Positions 14,481-26,368 of a stretch of DNA of 64,000 nucleotides are shown piece by piece. The notes beneath the pieces are model-generated. The model made no database searches, had not been told where the DNA came from, and was given only the letters and a program-made list of their open reading frames with translations. The DNA comes from Octopus vulgaris (Eukaryota): contig OX597815.1 of assembly GCA_951406725.2 (NCBI GenBank), positions 21,142,001-21,206,000 of the forward strand, given 5' to 3'. Positions within the stretch are counted from its first letter, which is position 1. Each line of letters opens with the position of its first letter. The position numbers and the translations under genes were made by a program.

Positions 14481-14745
14481 CTTTCTTTATTGGCCACACA
14501 GGGCTGAACACAGAAGGGACAAATACAAATGTAGAGCTTTTCTTTTCGAAAATGAAAAAGAAAAAGGGAAAAAAGAGAGAGAAAGTAAAAATCCGATCAA
14601 ATGGGATCGGAAAAAAAAGAAAAAAGGCAATCAAAAGGAATCGTGTATCACAGAAGAATTTTTTAAATGTAAAAAGCAAGATTAGGTTTATCCGTGGAAG
14701 GAAAAGCCTATGGAAAAGACCACGGTAACCTCAGGCAGGTTACTG
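14481..14745 (-). mobile_element. Second Tx1-like 3' end in (GATA)n
   Basis: Ends ...tttgtcccttctgtgttcagccctgtgtggccaataaagaaag into (TATC)n, and shares gtagagcttttctttt and gggatcg with 13626-13910. Confidence 0.65.
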
Positions 14746-15129
14746 TGGTCTCTCTCTCTCTCTCTTTTATTTTTCGATTTACAAGATCATGTTCAAAGTG
14801 GTTTCGTCACTCACACGCGCCATCTTTGTTACGTTCACCCACCTTTTTTGCAACTTTCACAAGACCAATATATATGCACTCAAAATAAACGCACACACCA
14901 CATGCACTCACAGCAAGCAGATTCATAAATAAAATTACATTTAAACTTGAGCCTACGTCATCCGATAATAAAAAGCGACACCTCCGTTTAACTGATTCTC
15001 TCTCCCTAACCTTTATATACATTAAATCTAACATTGCTAAAAATATATATATCCATACCCTTAATAAACTTTTATTTTATCAACCACCGAATAGAAAACT
15101 ATTTAACAGAAATAGCCTTAAATTGATTT

Positions 15130-15400
15130 ACAAATAAATCATCAGTATGAAAACCATAATAATCAAACAGCAAATGCAAAGAATACAAATGTATGTCTTT
15201 TCAGTCAGCCATGCAATGCAGAAGCGATTATCTACGAGGCAGAAATCAACACAATCAAACCAAACCTAAACACGGGTTATAACTGAAAAGAGTTATATAC
15301 TCAATAACCTTAAATCACCTGCAGTCAAACTGAATATTACAACAGAGAATTTCACGAAATATCGTCACTACGAAAAGTACCTATCGAGATACTAAAAGAT
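15130..15400 (+). mobile_element. Possible Penelope-like GIY-YIG remnant
   Basis: VCLFSQPCNAEAIIYEAEIN resembles the PLE C..C.L.G.C....IY.A.V motif. It is very decayed. Confidence 0.35.
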
Positions 15401-15574
15401 TATTCCACTACCTGACTGGATCGATACTTAATTATATTCCAGAAGCAGTCTAGCTCACTCTCTTTCCTGATTTCTATAGGTTCTATCTTTAACTCCGTCA
15501 ATCTCTGCCGGTAACTTATAACTCCATATACCAGTACTTATTTATTTATTTGTTTAATCATTTTATTTTATTGA

Positions 15575-15917
15575 TAAGCCTGGTACTTATTCTATCGGTG
15601 TATTTTTCCCAACCGCTAAGTTATGGAGACGTAAACATGCCAACACCGGTTGTCAAGTGGTGGTGGAGGAAAAACACAGACACGAACACACACACACACA
15701 TACATACATACACACACATATGTATGAGTGTCTCTGTGTGTGTATGTATATATACCACTAGCTTCTTTCAGTTTCTGTCTACCAATTCCACTCACCAGGC
15801 TTTGATCGGCCCGAGGCTATAGTAGAAGATACTTGCCCAAGGTACCACGCAGTGGGACCGAACCCGGAACTATGTGGTTAGGAAGCAAGCTTCTTACCCC
15901 AGAGCAACACCTACGCC
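15575..15917 (-). mobile_element. SINE-B copy, reverse orientation, diverged
   Basis: Contains ggcccgaggctatagtagaagatacttgcccaagg..ccacgcagtgggac.gaacccggaac, the reverse complement of the SINE-B head. Confidence 0.88.
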
Positions 15918-17816
15918 TTGATTGTGCATATTTAGTATCTATTTTAGTGTCTTTCCCATTCTGTACGATGGTTTCACGGTGGTATCCAAGTATTGGGACA
16001 CAGCGATCATGAGTCGGACTTTTGCATAGTACTAGTAGACAAATGTTTTCTGTAGTTAAATCATTTAGTTCAAATTCCAACCAAAATGACTTTTATATTT
16101 CATACTTTCGGCTAGTATGTATCCGTAAAATATGTAACAAAAAAATCATTAACCGCGAGTATAATTTTGAAAACTCAGTGATCTTGTTTATGGCAGGGAA
16201 CGAATATTTTACAAAAAATTTTGTCACATTTAGAAAACTCTCATCGCACGAAGTTCATAACTCAGAAATGTCGACTTCAAATTTCCCACTTATACATACA
16301 CACATACACACATTTCACAGACACATACTTACAGACACAGGCATGCATGTGTGTATATATGTATGTACATATGTAAACACAAATATGTGTGCATGTATAT
16401 ATATATATGTGTGTGTGTGTGTGCGTATGAGTGTGTGTATGTGTATATACATCACGTTTATTTATGTGTGCGTGTGTGTGTGTTTTGCGGTATTTGTCTT
16501 AACCCTCTGCACTTTAAGTTCAAATCCCGCCTAGTTGCCTTAAAAGAACGCCTGGCAACCCCCCGGGGCGAGAGTGGCGAGTATGACAAATCTTCAAAAC
16601 AATACCTGCACCATATAGATGTTGCTGGGCGGAGTAAAGAGATGTCTTAATCCCGTGGGAGCGACTTGTACCCTGGAGACTACACACACTCACACACACA
16701 CACACAACACACACACACACACCACATACATAGATTCTTCTGCATTTCTATGGTCAAAGAAAAACTTGCGTTGCTCTAACATTTTTCTTCTTGAACTCAT
16801 CCTAGCAACAATATATTTTTGTTTTGTTTATTTTACATTATCTTGCCTTCCTATTTATTTTTTTTTTACTCAAAGAAATTGACGATTCATTTTCTATAAC
16901 TAATATACTGAGCTTTATATACAGATCTATTAATTTTTTGACAGCTAATATTCATGTTGCTTTCATACAATTGTGTTTGGATGTGTTTTGGGAACATTTT
17001 TTTTTCCTCTCCTAATTTTATTATCAATATTTTCTTCCATTGCTTATTTTTGTTTCGAAATATCGTCGCTATCGTTTTTCAATAGTTATCATTATTTTGC
17101 TATTGTTGTTGTTGTTGTTATTGATATTGTTCTTTTTCTCCTCCTCTTCCTCATCATCTTAGCTATTATATTATTGTTGTTGTTGAATTATGGCAGTTAA
17201 TCATTATTCTTTAAGATATTATTATTTAGCCGATGTTTCGTTGTTCTTATCATTTCTCGTTATTCCCTGTGACCTTTATAGCTGATTAATTATCTCCAAG
17301 ATACTATAAAAATAAAGAATACTCCAAAAAATAGTTTGGCATGAAAAAACATTATCGAACGAAATAGTCGTAGAAGTAAGATGAAGAAAAAAAACTTGCT
17401 AGGAATTATCTCTCGATAATAAAAAAAAACTACACAAATTAACGCAAGTGACGAGAACCATTATAATATATTTTCTCTTTCTTGAGATAGTCGATCTTGC
17501 GATTCTTAAAGCTGTTTTTTAGGATATTGGTCACTCAAAGAATAAATATATATTTTTTTTTTATATCAATAATGTAAATTGTTTTAAAGGCCCAGACAAG
17601 AACGAAATATTCTTCATATAGACCCATACAATTCTTATCGGAAATACGAAAATGCAGAAAAACTTTGATTGTGCATAGATTCAGTTCATCTCTCCCTCTC
17701 ACTTTCTATCTATGCATCTATCTTAATATGCATACACGCACAAACACGCGCGCGGGGGCACACATAAAGAAGGAGACGACGGTGAATTGACAAAGCTGTC
17801 GGATAAAAAATTTACT

Positions 17817-17849
<33 letters not shown>

Positions 17850-17935
17850 GCTTATGTGTATACGTATTGATATAGATATAGTATTTAGATATATATATAC
17901 ATATATAGATAGTATGTATGTATAAATATATTCAT

Positions 17936-18082
<147 letters not shown>

Positions 18083-18095
18083 AATATATATATAT

Positions 18096-18128
<33 letters not shown>

Positions 18129-18481
18129 TATTTAGAGATAGCAGTCCCCATCATCTCACCAAATAAAATAATTTTAATTTAATACTTACTAGTCATTTCT
18201 CTGCTACACGTGTGTGTGTGTGTGTGTGTGTTTGGATAGAGTTTAAGGGCTAATCCAATAGCCTGTTACTTTGGAGATTATTCGATGTGTAGTAGGTTCC
18301 TTGTGAATAAACTAGTAATAGATTACTGGATCAACTGAAATACTGTTGTTAGATGTATTATTTTATAACACAGTGGTTGAATTAATCTGTCAGGCGAACC
18401 TTAAAATCTCCGTCAAAACGATCTTTATAGTAAATTTTATTCTGCTTTCCGTGTCATTATTACCTATCATTATTTTTAAAT

Positions 18482-18704
18482 TATTCCTTTCTACTATAGG
18501 CACGAAACCTGACTTTTTTTCTTAGTGGAGGGGGATAGCCAATAACATCAATCCAAGTGCTCAACTCGTACTTATTCTATCAACCCCGAAAGGAACAAAG
18601 GCAAAGTCGATCTCGGCATAATTTGAACTCAGAACGTAGAGACCGACAAAATACCGCTAAGCTTTTTATCTTGCGTCTTAACGTTTCTACCAGGTCGCCA
18701 ACCT
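18482..18704 (-). mobile_element. SINE-A2 copy
   Basis: Reverse complement of the A body (ccccgaaagg...aaaggcaaagtcga.ctcggc..aatttgaactcagaacgta) with the A2 tail (tcctttctactataggcac). Confidence 0.82.
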
Positions 18705-19916
18705 TAAATAAACTTTGTGGGATCGGCATAAAGATGAAATGAATTTTTCCGTATTCTGTATCTTTAAATAGTACAAGATTTTAATGGACTTATTATTTCA
18801 TTGTTACTTACGTTTTATCTTTGAAAACTTTAGGCAGTTCGTTTTGGCAGTATAAACTGTAAGATGATAATGTAGGAAAATCTAGCATCGATAAATATAT
18901 TCCTAAAGTACATTTTATGATTATATTTAAGTAATTAGACAATGCAAGGAAAATCACCTCAGATGATTATTTCTTAAAACTAAATTTAGTTCAACTGATC
19001 CAATTTTCGTTATTTTTCTTGGAACGATGGTATTTTAATCTGGCATGACCACCTCTTAACTAATTTATTCTGGCTGGAAGTTTGAGGAGATATTTCGGAA
19101 AACCAGAAACGTATCTTTAAAATAGAGTAACTTATAAACATCAGTGACTTAAAATTAAATAAATATTCTTAGAATGTTTAATAACAAAGAAAGAAAAAGA
19201 AACATCCATAGGTTTTGTTATTAATTGAGTCAATAAGATTGAAAGATTGTGGGGTTAACCAAGGTACTCAGAAGTATATTACCTTTTCAGAAACCAGAAA
19301 CAAATTTTATAACTCAAATAATGCTTTAAATATTTCGATGGATTTTGTACTGATACAAGGATTGCAATAAAGTATCAGATGACAAATCAGGTGAGCAGAT
19401 CAGATGTGAGTGAGCTCTCAAGAAGCAGCTAAAATGTTTCTTTGTCAGAGGGTTTTATCTTTACTCGATAAAGTGAACGGGTTATTTGTTACTGTTAGAG
19501 AAAAATATTGAGTAAATAGTCAATGGAACACTGAATATACCTTTCACTGTTTGTTACCGTTTATAATTTATATCTTTCATTATTTATTATGTACTCAAAC
19601 CTCGTCAATGTATTGAATAAAGATGGGATGTATTACAATATTACATATTGGCTATGATTTAACTAATTCTATGCATGTTGAGCTGCTAAACAAGTTAAAT
19701 ATGAATCATGTAATGTATTCGTGCAAGTAAAAATCTGCATAATTAATTTTTGGGATAAGTTGATTTTTCTGTAGTTTAATCATTATCACATTTAGTCAAT
19801 CGTCTGAGAGCTTGTCATTATTGAATTATAATTCTCCCTTGTATTACAACTTACAACATACTGTTTTCTCTCTCACTCTCTGTAGCACGAGTGTGTGTGC
19901 GTGCGTGCGTGCGTGC

Positions 19917-19979
<63 letters not shown>

Positions 19980-20394
19980 CGTTTATTGTGTAGTGTACAG
20001 ACATAACATCAAAAATGAGAAAACTCGATGCCATAATTACAGTAAAATATTTATATACTAAAAAGTTCAAGTTGAATGCAGTTACTGTCAGATTCTTCTT
20101 TCGATTCTTCAGACTACACAATCTAGTTAAACTGAAGAATAATCACGTTCAATTTGTACATCTCAATATGTAGTTTTACAAAAGAGAAATGTATTGATGT
20201 TGTTGTATAAATGTAAGGTATTACATTGGTATAAATATACTCGTTACTTTTCCATATATAGAGTCCGGTTGAGTCGTAGACTTCTCAGATATTTTAAAGA
20301 AAAATAATTTAAGCTTGTGTTTTTAAGTATTTGTATTAGTCATATAAACGCGCATGCGCACACCCACATACGCACACATACGCTTTACATATAT

Positions 20395-21401
20395 ACTAGC
20401 AAAAACACCCGTCATTGAATGGGTTGAAAAAAGTTGCCAAAATTGTACTATGAATATTGAAAGTCATTCACTTAGATTGTATTGAATATGGCCGGAAATG
20501 GAACGTTCGGTATGGCATCGCAGGAAGGTGAAATAGATGTTGAGTTAGTCAGCTGGCAGCACAGGAATCTGAAATACATATATGTTTCTTTATTACCCAC
20601 AAGGAGCTAAACATAGAGGGGACAAACAAGGACAGACAAACGGATTAAGACGATTACATCGACCCCAGTGCTTAACTGGTACTTAATTTATCGACCCCGA
20701 AAGGATAAAAGGCAAAGTCGACCTCGGCGGAATTTGAACTCAGAACGTAGCGGCAGACGAAATACGGCTACGCATTTCGCCCGGCGGGCTAACGGTTCCG
20801 CCAGCTCGCCGCCTTTGCTGAAAGACATATAGGTGTTAAGGAATGGTCATCATGGTTATACTGATATTATTATGGTTTTAGATGAAATTGGGAAGTTACA
20901 TATGGATGAAATTGTAGTTATACTGTAGATTCAAGTGGAACCTCGTTTGTGAAATAGAAGAGATTCATGAAAACAACTACACAAGAATGAGAGTAAAATG
21001 TGAAGTTATTTGAAAACGATCAAACGATTCTGCTTTGATGGGAGTGACAACAGATTTTCAAGCATAACTACAGATGTTTCCCCCATTCACTGTTGCCGCA
21101 TAACTTCCAGAAAAATGGATACCTTTTCACGAAATTTTCAACAAATCCCGTCTAGATGCTGTGCATTCAGAGTAGTAAAATAATAAAATCAGTATAACCA
21201 TGATGACCATCTCTTAACACCTATATGTCTTTCATATTCCTGTGCTGCCAGCCGACTAACTCAACATTTATTTCACCTTCCTACGATGCTCCACCAAAAT
21301 TTCCATTTTTGGCCATGTTCAATACAATCTAAGTGAATAACTTTCAATATTTATAGTACAATTTTTTTTTTCAACCCAGTTAATGACGGGTGTTTCTGGA
21401 A

Positions 21402-21403
<2 letters not shown>
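20395..21403. mobile_element. ~1 kb fold-back element with ~220 bp inverted arms and Helitron-like termini; left arm interrupted by a SINE
   Basis: 20395-20582 plus 20818-20865 is the reverse complement of 21188-21403, e.g. aaagtcattcacttagattgtattgaatatggcc versus ggccatgttcaatacaatctaagtgaataacttt. Confidence 0.8.
20583..20816 (-). mobile_element. SINE-A1, full length, with ~14 bp target-site duplication
   Basis: Complete element. TSD is ctgaaa(t/g)acatata at 20569-20582 and 20818-20831. Confidence 0.93.
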
Positions 21404-21452
<49 letters not shown>

Positions 21453-21723
21453 CAATGAAAGAGATATAATAATGCACATTTAAATAATCCCCTTAGACAG
21501 GTGATTTATTTCGGATCTGCGGTGTGTCCAAGATGTTGAAAAATGAAGAGTAGCTCCGTTGGGAGGGAAGATAGAAAGTCCGGACCATTTCCATTGTCTT
21601 CGGCGTAAAAATTTACACAAAAATTAGCTTTTGATTTTTATATAGATAACGTAGCCTTTCTTGCTATATGGACAGAGAGAGAGACTCACGCACGCGCGCA
21701 AACACACTTCGTTCTTATTATAT

Positions 21724-22065
21724 AGACGCAGGCATGGCTGTATGGTAAGAAGCTTGCTTCCCAACCACATGGTTCCGGGTTCAGTCCCACTGCGTGGCAC
21801 CTTAGGCAAGTGTCTTCTACTATAGCCTCTTCTTGTGAAAGAAGCCCGACGTATATATGTGTGTGTGTCTGTGTCTGTGTGTGTGTATTTGAGTCTGTGT
21901 TTGTCCCCCTACCATCGCTTGACAACCGATGCTGGTGTGTTTATGTCCCCATAACATAGAGGTTCGGTAGAGAGACCAAAGAATAAGCCGTGGGTCACTT
22001 TGTTCGACTGGGGGCATTGCTCCAGCATGGCCACAGTCACATGACTGAAACAAGTAAAAGAATAA
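21724..22065 (+). mobile_element. SINE-B copy with internal deletions
   Basis: Head, core and tail (tccagcatggccacagtcacatgactgaaacaagtaaaaga) match the other B copies. Confidence 0.9.
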
Positions 22066-22632
22066 ACGTGTAAAATCTATACAGGTGTGTGTGTATTTGT
22101 AGATATATATATATGTATATATGTATGTTTGTATGTATGTATGTTTGTATGTATGTATACATGCGTAGATACATATATACACATACACAAATACATTTAT
22201 AAAGTAATATAATATATTATATTACATTATATTACAAGGTATTATATTATCAGCCGTGGAGAGATAAGTTTTATGAATATATTATGTAAGCCTGGGGTAC
22301 ATGATATATTTCTCCTAACACATTTTCGTTTAATTTATGCAAATTCTACTCTTCTTGCATATGTGTATCTCTTCATACTGAAATGTTCACTGACTTCATG
22401 AACTATTGTCTTCTATCTACCTTCTTATATGTCATATTTAAAGATATAGTATTAATGATTGTTATTAATTACAACAGTGAATGTGGTTGTAGTCAACATT
22501 AATTGTGCTATTTTAATGGTGTTCTGTTCTTGCATATAAATATGTTGTCTGTTTTTGTTTTTGTCTATCATTTTGTTTTGCTTTTGGGTTTTTTTGTTTC
22601 TTGTGATTTAGCTATGTTTCTTATTTTTATAG

Positions 22633-22956
22633 AATACGACCTGGACGGAGGAAACAAACGACCTCGAACGACCATCACGGCCAAACAGCTGGAAGCCCTG
22701 AAGAGGGCCTACAACGAAAGTCCGAAACCCGCACGTCATGTTCGGGAACAGCTAAGCGTTGAAACAGGTCTGGACATGAGGGTGGTACAGGTTTGGTTCC
22801 AGAACCGACGGGCGAAGGAGAAGCGGTTAAAGAAAGATGCTGGTAGGCAGCGCTGGAGTCCTTACTTTAGACAAATGAAACGTAATGGTGACCCGGATAG
22901 CTCTTTAAGTGCTGATGACCGGTCAGATGACGGTCTGACTGAGGGTTCTTATGCCA
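22633..22956 (+). CDS. Lhx3/4: Lhx3/4 exon encoding the complete homeodomain
   Basis: Translates [75 protein letters not shown], the Lhx3/4 homeodomain. The acceptor tttttatAG (22631-22632) joins the previous phase-1 donor in frame (G|AA = Glu). Donor is A|GTAAGT at 22957. Confidence 0.97.
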
Positions 22957-23986
22957 GTAAGTATTTTTATGTGAATTCTCCATCTGAAATGGAAAATAAT
23001 TTATTTCATTGTCAATCATGTAGCGAATGTGAAATGTGATGACATCCCATATCTCTCAAATATTAGGCTAAAATAAATTTAGTTCACAATTATTACCAAT
23101 GGAATATTTATTTGAAAAAAGACACTTCGGGTATAATTGTTTGTGATAATTTGTATATCGTCATAATACACATGTATACAATTGTGTATTATGTAAAACT
23201 GTTTATTCGAATGCATTGGCTTGAAGTCATTTTGTACTGTTTGATAATCAATAAACAAAAGAAACTAATTCGAATATGTATAAATATATAAATATTCAAG
23301 GATGTTCTTTCGTTGCGTTTTAATTTTAAATATTCCATTTTAAATATTCCATTGTCATTGAAGTTATGTGTACCTGTAACTCTGCCCCGATTGCGGTGCG
23401 TGCATGTTATATAACTTTTCATTCATGTATACTTTTTTTAGAAATTGACTCATCCTTAACTATGTATTATCTACAAAGAATATTGAGTATTAATTGGACA
23501 GAACTACTTAGGAGAAGCTGACAAAACCACAGCACTGGTTAGCTTCGGATAGTTTGTATAGATGATACGTCGGGAGTTATAAATATGACCGGATGACTTA
23601 GTTTTATTGATGCGAACTTACATTCACTTAACGTAGTTTGTTGTGAAACCCTTCAGGAAATGTATTATGGATCAGTTTGTCCTTTTCCTGGTTTCACTCA
23701 TTGGGCTGCGGCCAATGCTGGGGCACAACCTTGAAATATTTTAGTCGATCATAGGAATTATTTCAGTCTGAAACATATTTTATGGATTTTTATTTATCAA
23801 ATAACTAAGTTACTCTTTAACATAAAGGGAAGTATGACTCAAATTCATTTACATAAACTCACGCATGCACATACATACACACGTTACATACACACACACA
23901 GACACATATATATATATACATAATATAATACATATATATATATATAATTAGAATGGCAAAGGAATTAGAAATTATGTCATATCATT

Positions 23987-24064
23987 AGCTTACAGCTGTT
24001 TCTCCTATAAGATGTAATGCACTCATAGTTGAATGCTTGTGTATCATCACAGCTTCATCGGAGC
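23987..24064 (-). ncRNA. Decayed minimal type-I hammerhead ribozyme motif (Penelope-type)
   Basis: The minus strand reads gct-CCGATGA-...-GAAA-cagctg-TA-agc. The core has one substitution, stem III is palindromic, stem I is gct/agc, and stem II no longer pairs. Confidence 0.4.
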
Positions 24065-25622
24065 ATCCATCATGAAGTGCAATGTTATTTGGAAAAGCAC
24101 TTACACACACACACACACACACAGAACGAGCTTCCTCGTAGATTACATCAGCTAAATTCCACCCACATGATATTTGTCAGCCGGGACTACATTACAACAC
24201 GACACTTGCATAACCTATATGTCATAGTAAAGAAGCAACGTATCTACGAACACCAATAACGAAACCGAAAGCTCTAGACCCACACGCTCAATACTTCCTT
24301 ATAGCATTTCATTGAAATCTGTCTATATGGGAACTTTTCCCCTACTTTTACATACAGTTATGGCCATCAACAGACTTGCTATAGTGAAGACGTACATCGT
24401 GATTTTTATACAACATACATAAATGCTTATATACATACATAAGCACAGTTATAGAAACAAGCAATGTGGTCGATCGATTTGATAGTAATAGCAGTCATAT
24501 CTCTTTCAAATTGCTTCTTACCGCCTTAAAAGAAGGGAATGGAGTATTGATTAAATGTAGTTCTAGATAGGCTTAAAACACGAAGACAAGTGTTCACTAC
24601 TTGAACGCATTTGTAGATAAATACACAATGTTAGAGACAACCATAAGCAAATTGACAGGCAGATGGACAAATAGATATACAGATAGACAGACAGACAGAT
24701 TAGATGTGTGAGTGAGTGAGTGATTTCTGTTTACTATGCAAAGACTTCCATAAAAGATGATAAGAACAGTTCTGTATGATTCTGGCGCTCAAAGTTAAAT
24801 ACAATTAAGAGAGAAGGAAATATGAATGATTGGAGATTATAATAAAAAAGTGATTAGAGAGGTAACAGGATAAAATAAAAGGTATACAGTGTGAGAGAAA
24901 AGAAGAAACCGAACGATACTCGTATATGATACTCACGAGTGTGGAAGGAGACATTGCGAAATGAAGTGGAAAGGTGGAGGCAGATTTTGATTAAGAGAAA
25001 AATATAGGGAACTCAGCATAAAGAGACGAAGAGCAAAATAATGAAATATGTGGGATTGCCAATGAGAATAATACAGAAGGATGAAGATCGATGCTTTAAA
25101 CGTAAAGAAGTGAAAGAAAGACCATTAAAATACACAACAGCTAATTTAAAAGTCGAACTGACAGAGAAATTACCAGACACAGAAAAACAACTAAACCTGG
25201 AAAAGGAAGAAAAGATGAAGAACTGAAAAAGAGGTTGATGTTCGATATAAACTGGGAAAAGGGTCTGCAGCAAAACAATAAAAAAACTAACAGAAGTATC
25301 AAAATCAAGACACAATATAAAATGGAGAGAAATAACTAAAACAAGACAAAATGAAGTGCAGCGATTGAAGTCAAAAATATTGAGGATTACAGAAAAGAGA
25401 TAGAAATAAATATCACATGTTTTGATAGTACTGTGTTAGTATATATACATATACACATATATACATATACATGTGTGTGAGTAGAGGGGTAGAGTGTGTA
25501 TGTGTGTGTGCGTATATGTGTTTGTGTGTTTGTGCATGTGTTCTGCATATATAGTTATTTAATGCATATTTAAATGTGTATATATATGAATATAAACATT
25601 TACCTATATGTATATATATATA

Positions 25623-25920
25623 TAAATTAGAAAAAAACACTTTTTATCAATTCGAAATGAAAAATTAAATTACACCATCTTGAAAATTACTTATAATTGA
25701 AATATTAAATATAAGATAAAAAATATACCGATGATTAAGTAATGTCAAAATAATAAATAAAACTTAAATACTTGGTAGAATATTTATTATTTTGCACATT
25801 ACTTAATCATCGCTATATTTTTTATCTTATATTTAATAGTTCTATTATATGTAATTTTCTAGATGGTGTAATTTAATTTTTCATATTGAATTGATAAAAG
25901 GTGGTTTCTTTTCTAATTTA
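25623..25920. repeat. ~300 bp AT-rich palindrome (~138 bp arms, ~21 bp loop) between (TA)n tracts
   Basis: 25623-25759 is the reverse complement of 25781-25920 with scattered mismatches. Confidence 0.9.
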
Positions 25921-26011
25921 TATATATATAGTATTTTGTGAAATTTGATTTAGTATTTCTAGATTGAATTTTTCCCTGTAAGTTTGGAATAATATTCCCT
26001 TAAATTATTAT

Positions 26012-26078
<67 letters not shown>

Positions 26079-26081
<3 letters not shown>

Positions 26082-26278
26082 TGTTGTCTGGGGAAAGACA
26101 TTCTCTTTTGGTGCCTTATAATTTAATACACTCACTTTTTCAATAGATTTGACTCAAGAGTTTTGAGTCAAAACTATTGAAAACGTTGCAAGACGCAATG
26201 AAAAAGAAATTTTACCGGTGAGTGTGTTAGATTATAAGGCACCAACAGAGAATGACAATCCCCAGACACAACAGAATA
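26079..26278. repeat. Nested inverted repeat (~58 bp outer arms, inner ~45 bp hairpin)
   Basis: Outer arms are ttctgttgtctgggga...ggtgccttataatttaatacactcac and gtgagtgtgttagattataaggcacc...tccccagacacaacagaa. The inner hairpin is tttcaatag.tttgactcaa / ttgagtcaaaactattgaaa. Confidence 0.82.
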
Positions 26279-26333
26279 TGCTTCAACACACGAACTCACA
26301 TAAAGAATCTTGCAAACCAAATCAAAAAACGAA

Positions 26334-26368
<35 letters not shown>

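Noticed and set aside
22503-22632. Hydrophobic N-terminal extension of ORF 22503..23039, resembling a transmembrane homeodomain protein
   Set aside because: It is the T-rich intron end upstream of the AG acceptor at 22631-22632.
24720-25410. Purine-rich stretch with a short K/E-rich ORF as an extra exon
   Set aside because: There are no convincing splice signals or motifs, and the flanking exons already join in frame. It is probably decayed repeat.
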